From contig CBDCRW010000007.1 of NCBI GenBank assembly GCA_965221125.1, positions 736,001-800,000 on the forward strand: a DNA stretch of 64,000 bases, read 5' to 3'. The translations under genes were made by a program, and so were the position numbers. The stretch comes from Alphaproteobacteria bacterium. GTDB lineage: Bacteria > Pseudomonadota > Alphaproteobacteria > UBA828. The notes under the pieces are model-generated. The model made no database searches, was not told where the DNA came from, and saw nothing but the letters and a program-made list of their open reading frames with translations. Each line of letters opens with the position of its first letter. Position 1 is the stretch's first letter. Of this stretch, positions 49,226 through 58,950 are shown piece after piece.

Positions 49226-50242
49226 CTAGGCGCCGCCTTCGACCTGCGGCACCACCTCCTCGGCGAAGAGCCGCATGCTGTCGGTCACCTGCGCGTGGGG
49301 CATGCCGAGCCAGTCCATGCCGAGGATGAAGGTAGTGATGCCGAGGCGGCGGTCGTAGCCGGCGATCTGCTCCGCCACCTCTTGCGGAGAGCCGAAGAGG
49401 AAGCGGTCGCGCATCAGCTCCTCGAAGTCGAGGGAAAGGTCGTCGTCGCCCTTCGGCATGGCCTTGTCCTGGCCCCATTGATGATAGGTCTTGTACTTCT
49501 CCTCCAGGTAGGGGCGGGCCAGCCGCTCCGCCTCCGCCCTGGTGCGGGCCACGAAGATCTCGCGCATGAGCGGAAGCTCGTCGGGGAAGGGTTTTTGGGC
49601 CTCATCGAGCGCGCGCCGGTAGATCGAAAGCTGGCGCTCCGTCGTCTCCATGCGCTGGTGCGGGTTGATGAACCAGGTGTCGCCGAGCCGGGCCGCGCGT
49701 TCGACCGCGGCGTCCGCGTTGGCGCCGAGCCAGATCGGCGGGTGCGGCTTCTGCATCGGCTTAAGCGAGACGGTGGCGTCGTCGAGCGTGAAATGCGAGC
49801 CCGCCATGCTCACGCCGTCCTCGGTCCAGAGGCGGACGATAGCCTCCAGGTTCTCCTCGAGACGCACCACCCGCTCGGCCTGGGTGGTCCCGAAGCCCTT
49901 GAACTCCACCTCGCGGTAGCCGAGGCCGGCGCCGAAGATCATGCGCCCGCCGGACATCACGTCGAGCGTGGACACCTGCTCGGCAATATCCAAGGGCTTG
50001 TGGAGCGAGAGCAGGATGATCCCGGGCAGCAGGCGGCAGCGCGGCGCCTCGGCCATGAGCCGCGCCAGCAGCGGAAGCTGCTGATACTGCTGCAGCGGGT
50101 AGGCGGCGTAGTGCATGCCCGTCGCCAGTATGTCGAACCCCAACTCGTCCGCGAGCCGTGCCTGAGCGCAGAGGTCCGCGAACCGCGCGTTCATGTCCTC
50201 GCCGCGGCGGAACTGGCCGCGGATGAAGAAGCCGTACTTCAT
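49226..50242 (-). CDS. LLM class flavin-dependent oxidoreductase
   Basis: LADELGFD, AEQVSTLDVMSGGR, GLGYR, PHPPIWLG, FAEEVVP. Confidence 0.9.
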   Translation of the reverse strand: MKYGFFIRGQFRRGEDMNARFADLCAQARLADELGFDILATGMHYAAYPLQQYQQLPLLARLMAEAPRCRLLPGIILLSLHKPLDIAEQVSTLDVMSGGRMIFGAGLGYREVEFKGFGTTQAERVVRLEENLEAIVRLWTEDGVSMAGSHFTLDDATVSLKPMQKPHPPIWLGANADAAVERAARLGDTWFINPHQRMETTERQLSIYRRALDEAQKPFPDELPLMREIFVARTRAEAERLARPYLEEKYKTYHQWGQDKAMPKGDDDLSLDFEELMRDRFLFGSPQEVAEQIAGYDRRLGITTFILGMDWLGMPHAQVTDSMRLFAEEVVPQVEGGA

Positions 50243-50250
50243 GGGAGTCC

Positions 50251-51054
50251 TCAGTCGGTTGTCGGCCCCGACGCCAAGTCGAGGAGGCAATCGTCGCCCA
50301 AGGGCTCGATCGCCGACCAGTCGCGGGTGCAGTGGTGCTCGGCGCGCTCGAACCTGGTGGGCGGGTTATCGGTGGCGGCGACGTTGAGATAGAAGATGCG
50401 CCGCGGCCAGGGCGTGATGTTGCCGGCTGAGCCGTGGACCATGTTGGCGTGGCTGATGAGCACCGAGCCGGCGGGGCCGACGACGGGCTCGATGCCGCCC
50501 GCGTCCACGATGTGGGTGAGGTGCTCGTCCGAGATCACGAAGAGCGTGTAGCCGGGCGATTCGCGGTTGTCCGCGGCCTCGGCGATCAGCCCGTAGTGGT
50601 GCGAGCCCGGCACGAGCATGAGCGGGCCGTTGGCAGCGTTGGCCTCGTCCAGCAGGATCGCGACCATGAAGGCTCTGGGTTCCTTGAGCCCGTCGCGGTC
50701 GGACCAGGTCGCGTAGTCCTGGTGCCAGTCCCATGGGCCGCCGCGGAAGGCGGCCTTGGGGTTGAGGCGCGACTGGTGGATGTAGACCGGCCCGCCCATC
50801 AGCTCCTGCACGGGCTCCAGCCAGCGCGGATGACGCGAGAGCCGCCCGAACGCCTCGTTGAAGCGGTGGGCGCCGTAGACGAGTCGCACTTCGTCCGACT
50901 CCGCCTCGGCGACGACCTCGGGGCCTTCCCGCGCCGCCACGGTCTCGACCTCGGCCCGCACGGCGGCGATCTCGGCCTCCGAAAAGAGGGCAGGGAGCAG
51001 CAGGTACCCGTGGTCCTCGAACTCGCGCCGCTGGGCGTCGGTGAGCGCGGGCAT
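50251..51054 (-). CDS. PhyH family 2OG-Fe(II) dioxygenase (proline 4-hydroxylase/EctD-related)
   Basis: YIHQSRLNPK, WHQDYATW..DG, NGPLMLVPGSH, VHGSAGNI. Confidence 0.85.
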   Translation of the reverse strand: MPALTDAQRREFEDHGYLLLPALFSEAEIAAVRAEVETVAAREGPEVVAEAESDEVRLVYGAHRFNEAFGRLSRHPRWLEPVQELMGGPVYIHQSRLNPKAAFRGGPWDWHQDYATWSDRDGLKEPRAFMVAILLDEANAANGPLMLVPGSHHYGLIAEAADNRESPGYTLFVISDEHLTHIVDAGGIEPVVGPAGSVLISHANMVHGSAGNITPWPRRIFYLNVAATDNPPTRFERAEHHCTRDWSAIEPLGDDCLLDLASGPTTD

Positions 51055-51071
51055 GTTCCCGACCCCCGGCC

Positions 51072-51776
51072 TCAGCCGCCCATGCCGACGAACTCGGCGA
51101 CCAGATCGGGGTTGGAGAGCTGGTCCGGCGACACTTCGCTGGTGAACTGGCCGCGCTGGATAATCAACACGCGCTGGGACAGCTCGGCGATGAAGTCGAG
51201 GTTCTGCTCGACCAGGACGACCGTGAGCTTGCGCCGGGCCTGCAGGGTCTTGAGGATCTCCACGATCTCCTCGACGATCGAGGGCTGGATGCCTTCCGTC
51301 GGCTCGTCGAGGAGGATCAGGCGCGGGCGGCCGCAGAGGCAGCGCGCCAGCGCCAGGATCTGCTGCTCGCCGCCGGAGAGGACGCGGCCGGCCCGGTCGA
51401 GCAGGGGCTTCAGCCGGGGGAACTCCTCCAGCACCTCGTCGAGGACCACCTGCTCGTCCACCTTCTGCACCGCGAAGCCCAGCCTGAGATTGTCGCGCAC
51501 GCTCACATTGGGGAAGATCTCGCGCCCTTGCGGCACGTAGCCGATGCCGCGCCGATTGCGCTTGTGCGGCGGCTCCCGCGTGATCGTCTCGCCCTCGAAA
51601 GTAATCGTGCCGTCGGTGGTCTTGACCAGGCCGATCAGGGTCTTGAGCAGGGTGGTCTTGCCCATCCCGTTATGGCCCAGGATGCCGACGAACTCGCCCT
51701 CCGCCACCTCGAGGTCGATGCCGTGCAGGATCGGGATCCTGCCGTAGCTCGCGCGGATGCCTGCGGCGCTCAACAT
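51072..51776 (-). CDS. ABC transporter ATP-binding protein (UrtE/LivF-like)
   Basis: GHNGMGKT, YVPQGREIF, LSGGEQQ, LLDEPTEGIQPS. Confidence 0.92.
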   Translation of the reverse strand: MLSAAGIRASYGRIPILHGIDLEVAEGEFVGILGHNGMGKTTLLKTLIGLVKTTDGTITFEGETITREPPHKRNRRGIGYVPQGREIFPNVSVRDNLRLGFAVQKVDEQVVLDEVLEEFPRLKPLLDRAGRVLSGGEQQILALARCLCGRPRLILLDEPTEGIQPSIVEEIVEILKTLQARRKLTVVLVEQNLDFIAELSQRVLIIQRGQFTSEVSPDQLSNPDLVAEFVGMGG

Positions 51777-51779
51777 GGC

Positions 51780-52516
<737 letters not shown>

Positions 52517-52520
<4 letters not shown>

Positions 52521-53572
52521 TGAGCCGCCTCCCGCACTCTCTCGCCGCCGCCCTCGCCGTCACGCATTCCGGGCACGAAGCGCTCCGCAAGCTGGCGCGC
52601 GGTGGGCAACAGCCCGGCCGGCACCAACAGCACGAACACCATAATGATCCCGCCGAAGATGAGGTAGGTGTTGGTGATCTGCTGCTGGCCGATCTCGAAC
52701 TTTAGCATCAGGAGCCCGATGCAGCCGATCATCGGCCCGACCAGGGTGCCGAGCCCGCCGATCAGCGTCCACATGATGATCTCTGCCGCGAAGTTGAGCG
52801 CGAACACGTCCGGGTTGACGAAGGAGTTGAAGTTGACGCCGAGGCAGCCTGCAAGCCCCGCCATGCCGCCGCCGATGGTGAAGGTTTGCAGCTTATGCAG
52901 GCGAACGTCGTAGCCGAGCAGCTCGGCGCGCAGCTCGTTCTCCCGAATCGCGACCGCGACCCGTCCGAAATGCGAGCGATTGAGGAGCTTGAGGCCGAAA
53001 TAGCACAGAATCAGGCACCCCATCGCGAGATGGAATATGTCGTCCGGGAAGAGCGGCGCGTTGCCGTCCCCCGGCCAGTTGATGGGCTGGATCGAGGAGA
53101 TGCCGTTGAAGCCCATCAGCCGCTGCGCGCCGATGGCGTATTCCTCGCCCGCCGTGGAGCGCATGAAGTTGTAGAGGATAAGCGTGACCGCGAGCGTCAC
53201 CACCGCGAGATAGACGTCGCTGAGGCGGCCGTAGAACATGAAATAGCCGAGCAGGGCGGCAAAAGCGGCCGGCACGACGATCGCCAGGAAGAAGGGCCCC
53301 GTGCTCTCGCCGAAATTGCCCACGGCGATCGCGTAGCTGTAGGCGCCCAGGCCATAGAACGCGGATTGCCCGAAGCAGAGGATGCCGCCATAGCCCCAGA
53401 TGAAGCCCATGGAAAGCGCCAGGATCGACATGGCGACAAAGAGCGTCACCTTGAAGAGCGTGAAGAGATCGAAGATGTGGGGGCCGGCGAACAGCAGCAC
53501 CAGCATGACTGCGCCCACCAGGGTAGTGCCCCAGGTCTCCCAGCTCCTCAGGTTGAAACCCAAGACCGTCAC
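52517..53572 (-). CDS. ABC transporter permease (UrtC/LivM-like)
   Basis: WGYGGILCFGQ, AIRENELRAELLGY, GGLGTL; GTGA overlap with the upstream gene. Confidence 0.9.
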
Positions 53573-54438
53573 AGCGAGCGCCTGAAGATCTTGCCGGTGA
53601 TGCCCTGGGGCAGCAGCCTGAGCATGACCACGGCGACGATGAGCAGGCCGACCCCGCCGAGCACCGGCGTGAACTCGTAGCTGAGAAGCTGGCGCACGGT
53701 GCCGAAGACGCCGGAGGCGACCAGCGTGCCGGTCACGGCGCCGGTGCCGCCGGTGATGACGGTGATGAAGGTCTGCGCGACGTAGGCCGCGCCGGCGGTC
53801 GGGATGACCTGCGAGATCGGCGCCAGCAGGCCGCCCGCCAGCCCCGTCAGTCCCGCGCCGATCGCGAACGTCACCATGTAGACACGCTGCGTGCTGATGC
53901 CGAGCACTGAGGCCTGGGCCGGGTTCTGCATGGTGCCCCGCGCGATGAGGCCGAGCTTGGTGCGCGTCAGCACCAGGAAGACCCCGATGAACAGCAAGAT
54001 CACGATGCCGATGAGCACCATGCGATACTGGGCGACGTTGTAGACGCCGACCTCGAAGCTCCCCATCGGCGCGGACACGCCTTCGATGATGTTGCCGAAG
54101 ATCGCGGTGACGATGCCGATGAGCAACAGGCTGAGCCCCCACGTGGCGATCAGCGTGTCGATCATGCGGCCGTAGAAGAAGCGGATGAAGGCGCGTTCCA
54201 CGACGATGCCGATGATTCCGACGACGATCGGGGAGATAATCAGCATCGAAATCCAGATGTTGATGCCGAGCGTCTTGGTGCACACCACGGTGGTGTAGGC
54301 GCCCAGCATCATGAACTCGCCGTGGGCGAAATTGATCACCCGCATCATGCCGAAGATGATCGCCAGCCCGGCGCAGGCGAGCGCCAGGCTGGCAATCCCG
54401 TTCAGCACTTCGATGATCAGGAGCGCAGCGGTATCCAC
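53569..54438 (-). CDS. ABC transporter permease (UrtB/LivH-like)
   Basis: GLAIIFGMMRVINFAHGEF, LIATWG, PQG. Confidence 0.9.
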   Translation of the reverse strand: MDTAALLIIEVLNGIASLALACAGLAIIFGMMRVINFAHGEFMMLGAYTTVVCTKTLGINIWISMLIISPIVVGIIGIVVERAFIRFFYGRMIDTLIATWGLSLLLIGIVTAIFGNIIEGVSAPMGSFEVGVYNVAQYRMVLIGIVILLFIGVFLVLTRTKLGLIARGTMQNPAQASVLGISTQRVYMVTFAIGAGLTGLAGGLLAPISQVIPTAGAAYVAQTFITVITGGTGAVTGTLVASGVFGTVRQLLSYEFTPVLGGVGLLIVAVVMLRLLPQGITGKIFRRSL

Positions 54439-54495
54439 GGCGCGCCCGTCGTCAAGCGTGCTATCGCACTCGTTACGCTGCGACCGTCAGAACGC

Positions 54496-55743
54496 CTAGA
54501 TGATCGGCTCCAGATGAGCGTTCATGTCGGGATCCTTGGTCAGGTCGCAGCGGTCGATCACGTCGCTCGGATAGAGCTGCGAGTAGCTCTCGAAGATGTT
54601 CCAGGTCTGGTTCTGGCACTCGGCCATGTGCATGTCCTGGATGACGTGATTGGTGACCGGGTCGACCACCATGTGCCCGGCCGGGCCGTCCCAGGCGATA
54701 TCGCCGCTGCGCAGCGCTTCGATCACCGCCTCGCGCTCGTGGCTGCCGGCGGCCTTGACGCCGAGCGACCAGAGCATGGTACCGAGGTAGCCGCCGATGC
54801 CCACCGAGTTGAGGTACTGGGCGTCGTCGCCGAAGCGTTCCTGATAGCGCTTGACGAACTCGACGTTGGCCGGCAGCTGCAGCTCCTGGAAGTAGGGCTG
54901 GGCGCTGACGATTCCGTTGCCTTCCTCCGCGCTGAGCTGGACGTGCTCGTTGCCGACGCCGAAGGTCACCGAGACGATCGGGATCTCGTTGAGCATGCCC
55001 GCCGCGTACCACTGACGGTAGAAGCCGGTGTGCGCCGCGCCCACGAGACAGGTGGAGAGCCAGTCGGGCTTCGCTTCCTGAATCTTGGCGATGGCCGGGC
55101 CGAACTCCGCCACGTCGAGGGGGAAGAAGTCCTTGGTGATGACTTCCGAGCCTTGTTCCTTGGCGAAGACCTCGGTCCACTTGCCGATGATCTGGGGCGC
55201 GTTGTAGTCGGCGCCGATGTAGTAGCAGCGCTTGCCGTGGGTCTTGAAGCCGTAGTCGGCCATGGGCTTCACCCACTGCACGGCGGTGACGCCGCTGACG
55301 AAGTTGTTGATGTCGCAGACGCCGCCCTCGTAGATCACGCTGTACCACAGCAGCGTCTGGAAGCGCCGGAGAATCGGCCGAATGACCTCGCGCGACGCGC
55401 TGGTGATGGCGCCGTGCACCAGGTCGACACGCTCCTTGAGCGCAGCTTCCTGGGCGTACTGCGCGTAGAGCTCCATGTTGGACTGCGGGTCGTACTTGAT
55501 CAGCCGTATCTTCTTGCCGAGCAGGCCGCCGGCCGCGTTGATCTCCTCGACCGCGAGCTCGCAGGTCTGGGTCATCGGCGTGCCGTAGATATCGAGGCCG
55601 CCGGACTGGTCGAAGATGCTGGCGATGACGATCTCGTCGTCGTCGGCATAGGCCTTGGGCGATGCCGCGAGGCCTGCCGCCACCAGCGTTGCGGCGGTGC
55701 CCGCCGTGCCCTTGAGAAAACCTCTGCGAGTGCTGTCGAACAT
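54496..55743 (-). CDS. Amide/urea-type ABC substrate-binding protein (AmiC/UrtA-like), Tat signal
   Basis: TRRGFLK Tat motif, INAAGGLLG, YDPQSN, ITSASREVIRP, YEGG. Confidence 0.88.
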   Translation of the reverse strand: MFDSTRRGFLKGTAGTAATLVAAGLAASPKAYADDDEIVIASIFDQSGGLDIYGTPMTQTCELAVEEINAAGGLLGKKIRLIKYDPQSNMELYAQYAQEAALKERVDLVHGAITSASREVIRPILRRFQTLLWYSVIYEGGVCDINNFVSGVTAVQWVKPMADYGFKTHGKRCYYIGADYNAPQIIGKWTEVFAKEQGSEVITKDFFPLDVAEFGPAIAKIQEAKPDWLSTCLVGAAHTGFYRQWYAAGMLNEIPIVSVTFGVGNEHVQLSAEEGNGIVSAQPYFQELQLPANVEFVKRYQERFGDDAQYLNSVGIGGYLGTMLWSLGVKAAGSHEREAVIEALRSGDIAWDGPAGHMVVDPVTNHVIQDMHMAECQNQTWNIFESYSQLYPSDVIDRCDLTKDPDMNAHLEPII

Positions 55744-55796
55744 GGGTTCAAGCCCCTCCCTGGGTTGATCGAATGCGCGCCGCCGCGCCCGGCTGA

Positions 55797-55825
55797 AGGT
55801 TAGGCGCACGGCGCCGCATGCGCAA
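55797..55825 (-). promoter_or_regulatory. Candidate sigma70 promoter of the ABC operon
   Basis: Minus strand TTGCGC-17 nt-TAACCT, about 55 nt upstream of the SBP start. Confidence 0.45.
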
Positions 55826-55843
55826 CGGGTCGGCGCCCGCGTT

Positions 55844-57016
55844 TCAGCCGGCGAAGCCGAGGATGCGCTCGACGAAGGAACGGAGGATCAGCGCCGCATC
55901 CACCATCTCCGTGATCGGCACGAACTCGTTGGCGGCGTGGCTCACGGCGCCGTCTCCGGGGCCGAAATTGACGATCTCGATGCCGTCCCGCGCGAAGAAG
56001 CGGCCGTCGCTCGCGGCGAGCGCGTTGAGCACCGCCGGCGGTCTGCCGAGGCGCTCCTCGATGGCCGCAGCCAACGCCGAGACGTGGGGGCCGTCGAGAG
56101 GCGCGGAAAAACCGTCGGTGCCGACCAGCCGGCGCACGCTGCAGGACCCCGCAGGCTCGCCGGCGCCTGCCAGCACGGCCTCCATCTCGGCCACCGCCGC
56201 GCCGACGGGCTCATCGGGCAGCAGGCGTCGGTCGATACAGGCGGTGCAGCGGTCCGGCACCACGTTGGGGTTCTCGCCGCCGTGAAGGGTGCCGATGTTC
56301 ATGGTCGAGATTTTTTGGCCGCTCCGCCGTGCGGCGAGTCTCGGCTCGAGCTCGCTCTGTAGCCTCTCCAGCAGTCGCATCATGCGGAGAATGGCGTTGT
56401 CGCCCGCCGGCGGATCGCCGCCGTGGGCGGCGCGGCCGGTGGTCTCGATCTCCAGCCAAAGGATGCCGCGCTCCTCGACGATGAGATGGTTCTCGGTGGG
56501 CGCGCCGAGCACCAGGGCATCGGGCTCGATCAGCCCTTCCTCGCGGAGGTAGGCGGTGCCCTCCGAACCCAGGCGCTCCTCGTCGCCCGCGAGCACGAAG
56601 ACCACGCTTCCCAGCCTGGGCCCTCCGCGCCGCGCAATCTCGCTGGCGAGCCAGAGGTGCACCGCAGCCGAGCCCTTGCAGTTGTTGGCGCCGAGCCCGT
56701 AGATGCGGCCCTTCTCCATGGTCGCGGCGAAGGGGTCGGTGCGCCAGGCTGCGCGGTCGCCGGTGCCGACCGTGTCGATATGGGAATTGAACACGATGCA
56801 GGGCGAGCCCTCGCCTAGCCGGGCGACGAGGTTGGCGATCGGCGGGGTCCGCATCGGCATGGAGACCGCGTAGCCAGTGGCTCTGAAGTGTTGGCCTGCG
56901 GCCTCGCAGATCGTCCTGGTGTCTCCCGGCGGCGTGGTGGACGGGATCGCGATCAGTTCGGCAAGGAGCGCGTGCAGCGATTCGGCGATGGACTGTTCGC
57001 TGTCCGTCACGGTCAC
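55844..57016 (-). CDS. M20 family metallopeptidase/deacylase (ArgE/DapE-like) with atypical metal ligands
   Basis: NSHIDTV, GDEE, GRAAHG, NVVPDRC, SDGRF, FGPG, SHAANE; GTGA overlap with the upstream gene. Confidence 0.85.
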   Translation of the reverse strand: MTVTDSEQSIAESLHALLAELIAIPSTTPPGDTRTICEAAGQHFRATGYAVSMPMRTPPIANLVARLGEGSPCIVFNSHIDTVGTGDRAAWRTDPFAATMEKGRIYGLGANNCKGSAAVHLWLASEIARRGGPRLGSVVFVLAGDEERLGSEGTAYLREEGLIEPDALVLGAPTENHLIVEERGILWLEIETTGRAAHGGDPPAGDNAILRMMRLLERLQSELEPRLAARRSGQKISTMNIGTLHGGENPNVVPDRCTACIDRRLLPDEPVGAAVAEMEAVLAGAGEPAGSCSVRRLVGTDGFSAPLDGPHVSALAAAIEERLGRPPAVLNALAASDGRFFARDGIEIVNFGPGDGAVSHAANEFVPITEMVDAALILRSFVERILGFAG

Positions 57017-57906
57017 GCGTCTTTGTCGGTTCGGATGATCGACGTGGCGCTGAGCGAGCGCGGATCGCGGGTCTGCCAGCGGCCGTTCTCGACCTGGGCG
57101 AAGAAGTCCGCACAGGCCTGATTGAAGGCGTCCGGCTCCTCCAGGTTGATCGTGTGGCCCGACTTGGGGATCACCAGCAGACCAGATGTGGGGATCGTGC
57201 GCTTGAGATAGAGGTTCGCGTCGAGGCAGGGCTCGTCCTCGTCGCCGGTGATCAGCAGGGTCGGCACGCTGAGCGCAGCGAGGTCCTCCTCGAGATCGTA
57301 GAGCGACGGGCGGCGGGACTGCACGCCGCGCAGGGTATTGGCCGTGCCCTTGGCCGAGTGCTCCACGAGCCGGTCGCGGAACGTCGACCACCCGCGCGGG
57401 TCCTTGGTTTGAAACTGCACCCGTGTGGGGCCGAGCGCGTAGTCGGCGCCGACCGGGCCTGCGCCCTCGCGCTCCAGGCGGTCGGCCACCGCGTGCGTCT
57501 CGCGCTGGAAGCCGTCGCGTGCGTGCTTCGGTGCGCCGTAACCACAACCGGCGACCACCAGCGCCGAGGCGCGTGCCGGATGCGTAAGGCCGATGTGGAT
57601 GGTCGCAAAGCCGCCCATACTCAAGCCCACGATGTGAGCACGCTCGATGGACAAGTGATCGAGCACCGCGATGGCGTCCGCCACCGCGTGGGCCTGGCTG
57701 TAGCTGTCGGCGTCTTCCGGCACGTCCGACGGTGGATAGCCGCGGGCATTGTAGGCGATGCAGCGGTAGCGCCGCGCAAAATGGCTAAGCTGGGGCTCCC
57801 AGCTCAGGTGGTCGCCCGCGAACTCATGAATGAAGAGCACCGGATGGCCTGACCCGACCTCCTCGTAGTAGAGCTTCGTCCCGTCCGGCGATGGCGCGTA
57901 GGGCAT
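57013..57906 (-). CDS. Alpha/beta hydrolase
   Basis: IHEFAGD, ARGYPPS, GLSMGG, GDED, SGHT; GGAGG RBS favours start 57906. Confidence 0.88.
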   Translation of the reverse strand: MPYAPSPDGTKLYYEEVGSGHPVLFIHEFAGDHLSWEPQLSHFARRYRCIAYNARGYPPSDVPEDADSYSQAHAVADAIAVLDHLSIERAHIVGLSMGGFATIHIGLTHPARASALVVAGCGYGAPKHARDGFQRETHAVADRLEREGAGPVGADYALGPTRVQFQTKDPRGWSTFRDRLVEHSAKGTANTLRGVQSRRPSLYDLEEDLAALSVPTLLITGDEDEPCLDANLYLKRTIPTSGLLVIPKSGHTINLEEPDAFNQACADFFAQVENGRWQTRDPRSLSATSIIRTDKDA

Positions 57907-57941
57907 GGCTGCCATTCCTCCCGCGCGCACCATAGATAGCG

Positions 57942-57981
57942 GCGTGCCGGCACGCGAGTCCCCGATTCATGGTATAATCGG
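57942..57981 (+). promoter_or_regulatory. Extended -10 promoter with two inverted repeats in the divergent intergenic region
   Basis: TGgTATAAT at 57970-57978; CCGATT-8 nt-AATCGG at 57962-57981; perfect palindrome GCGTGCCGGCACGC at 57942-57955. Confidence 0.6.
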
Positions 57982-58014
57982 TTGTTTTCGGAGTGACTAA
58001 GCGGGACGGCGCGC

Positions 58015-58950
58015 ATGTGCGGAATAGCGGGCGTGATGTTCAAGCACGGTGAAACGGGTCTGTCGGCGGGCCGGGCGCTGATCGACATGCTGGACGGGTG
58101 CCAGCACCGGGGCCCGGATTCGACCGGCTTTGCGCTCTACGAAGATACCGATCCGGGTCAGCTTCGGTTGCGCTTCCTGGTCGAGGAGGAGGAAGGCGCC
58201 GGCGGCGTCGGCCACAACAGCGCCGAGAGCGCGATTGTGGACATCCGCAAGACACTCGAGGAGCACGGCGCGGGAATCGTCGACAGCGAGCGGGTCGGCA
58301 ACAGCTACCGGGTGGTGGTCCGCTTCTCGGGCGACGTGCAGAAGCTCACCTACGACATGGAGCACGCGGCGACACTGATCTCGATCGGCGAGAGCCTGGA
58401 CATCCGCAAGGACGTGGGCGGCGCTCACGACGTGGACGAGGTCTTCCACGTGGGCGAGGTTGCGGGCACTCACGGGCTCGGTCATGTCCGCCTGGCGACC
58501 GAGTCCGAGGTGAAGCCCGAGGCGGCGCATCCTTTCTGGGCGACCGGCTTTACCGACATCGCGATCGTGCATAACGGCCAGATCACCAACTACTGGAAGA
58601 TGCGCCGCCGCCTCGAGCGCCGCGGCTTCGCGTTCCACACGGACAACGATAGCGAACTGATCGCAGTCTATCTGGCGGACAAGCTCGCCAACGAGGTACC
58701 CCTGGAGGACGCGCTGAAGACCTCGATCGACGACCTCGACGGCACGTTCTCGTTCCTGGTCTCGACCAAGGATGAGATCGGCTACGCCAAGGATCACCTC
58801 GCGGCCAAGCCGATGATCATGTACGAGAACGACGACCTGATCGCGATCGCCTCGGAGGAGGTCTCGTTGAACCGTCTCTTCCCGGGCCGCGCGCTCGACA
58901 CGCGGGAACCGCCGCCGGGGAGCTATGGCACATGGTCCAGATTGACCTAG
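58015..58950 (+). CDS. Class II (Ntn) glutamine amidotransferase, MgsA/GlxB-like
   Basis: MCGIAG N-terminal Cys, HRGPDS, HVRLATES, AHPF, HNGQITN, DNDSE. Confidence 0.88.
   Translation: MCGIAGVMFKHGETGLSAGRALIDMLDGCQHRGPDSTGFALYEDTDPGQLRLRFLVEEEEGAGGVGHNSAESAIVDIRKTLEEHGAGIVDSERVGNSYRVVVRFSGDVQKLTYDMEHAATLISIGESLDIRKDVGGAHDVDEVFHVGEVAGTHGLGHVRLATESEVKPEAAHPFWATGFTDIAIVHNGQITNYWKMRRRLERRGFAFHTDNDSELIAVYLADKLANEVPLEDALKTSIDDLDGTFSFLVSTKDEIGYAKDHLAAKPMIMYENDDLIAIASEEVSLNRLFPGRALDTREPPPGSYGTWSRLT

Noticed and set aside
50251-51054. Ectoine hydroxylase EctD
   Set aside because: The signature reads WDWHQDYATWSDRDG rather than FxWHSDFETWHxEDG, and no ect genes are nearby.
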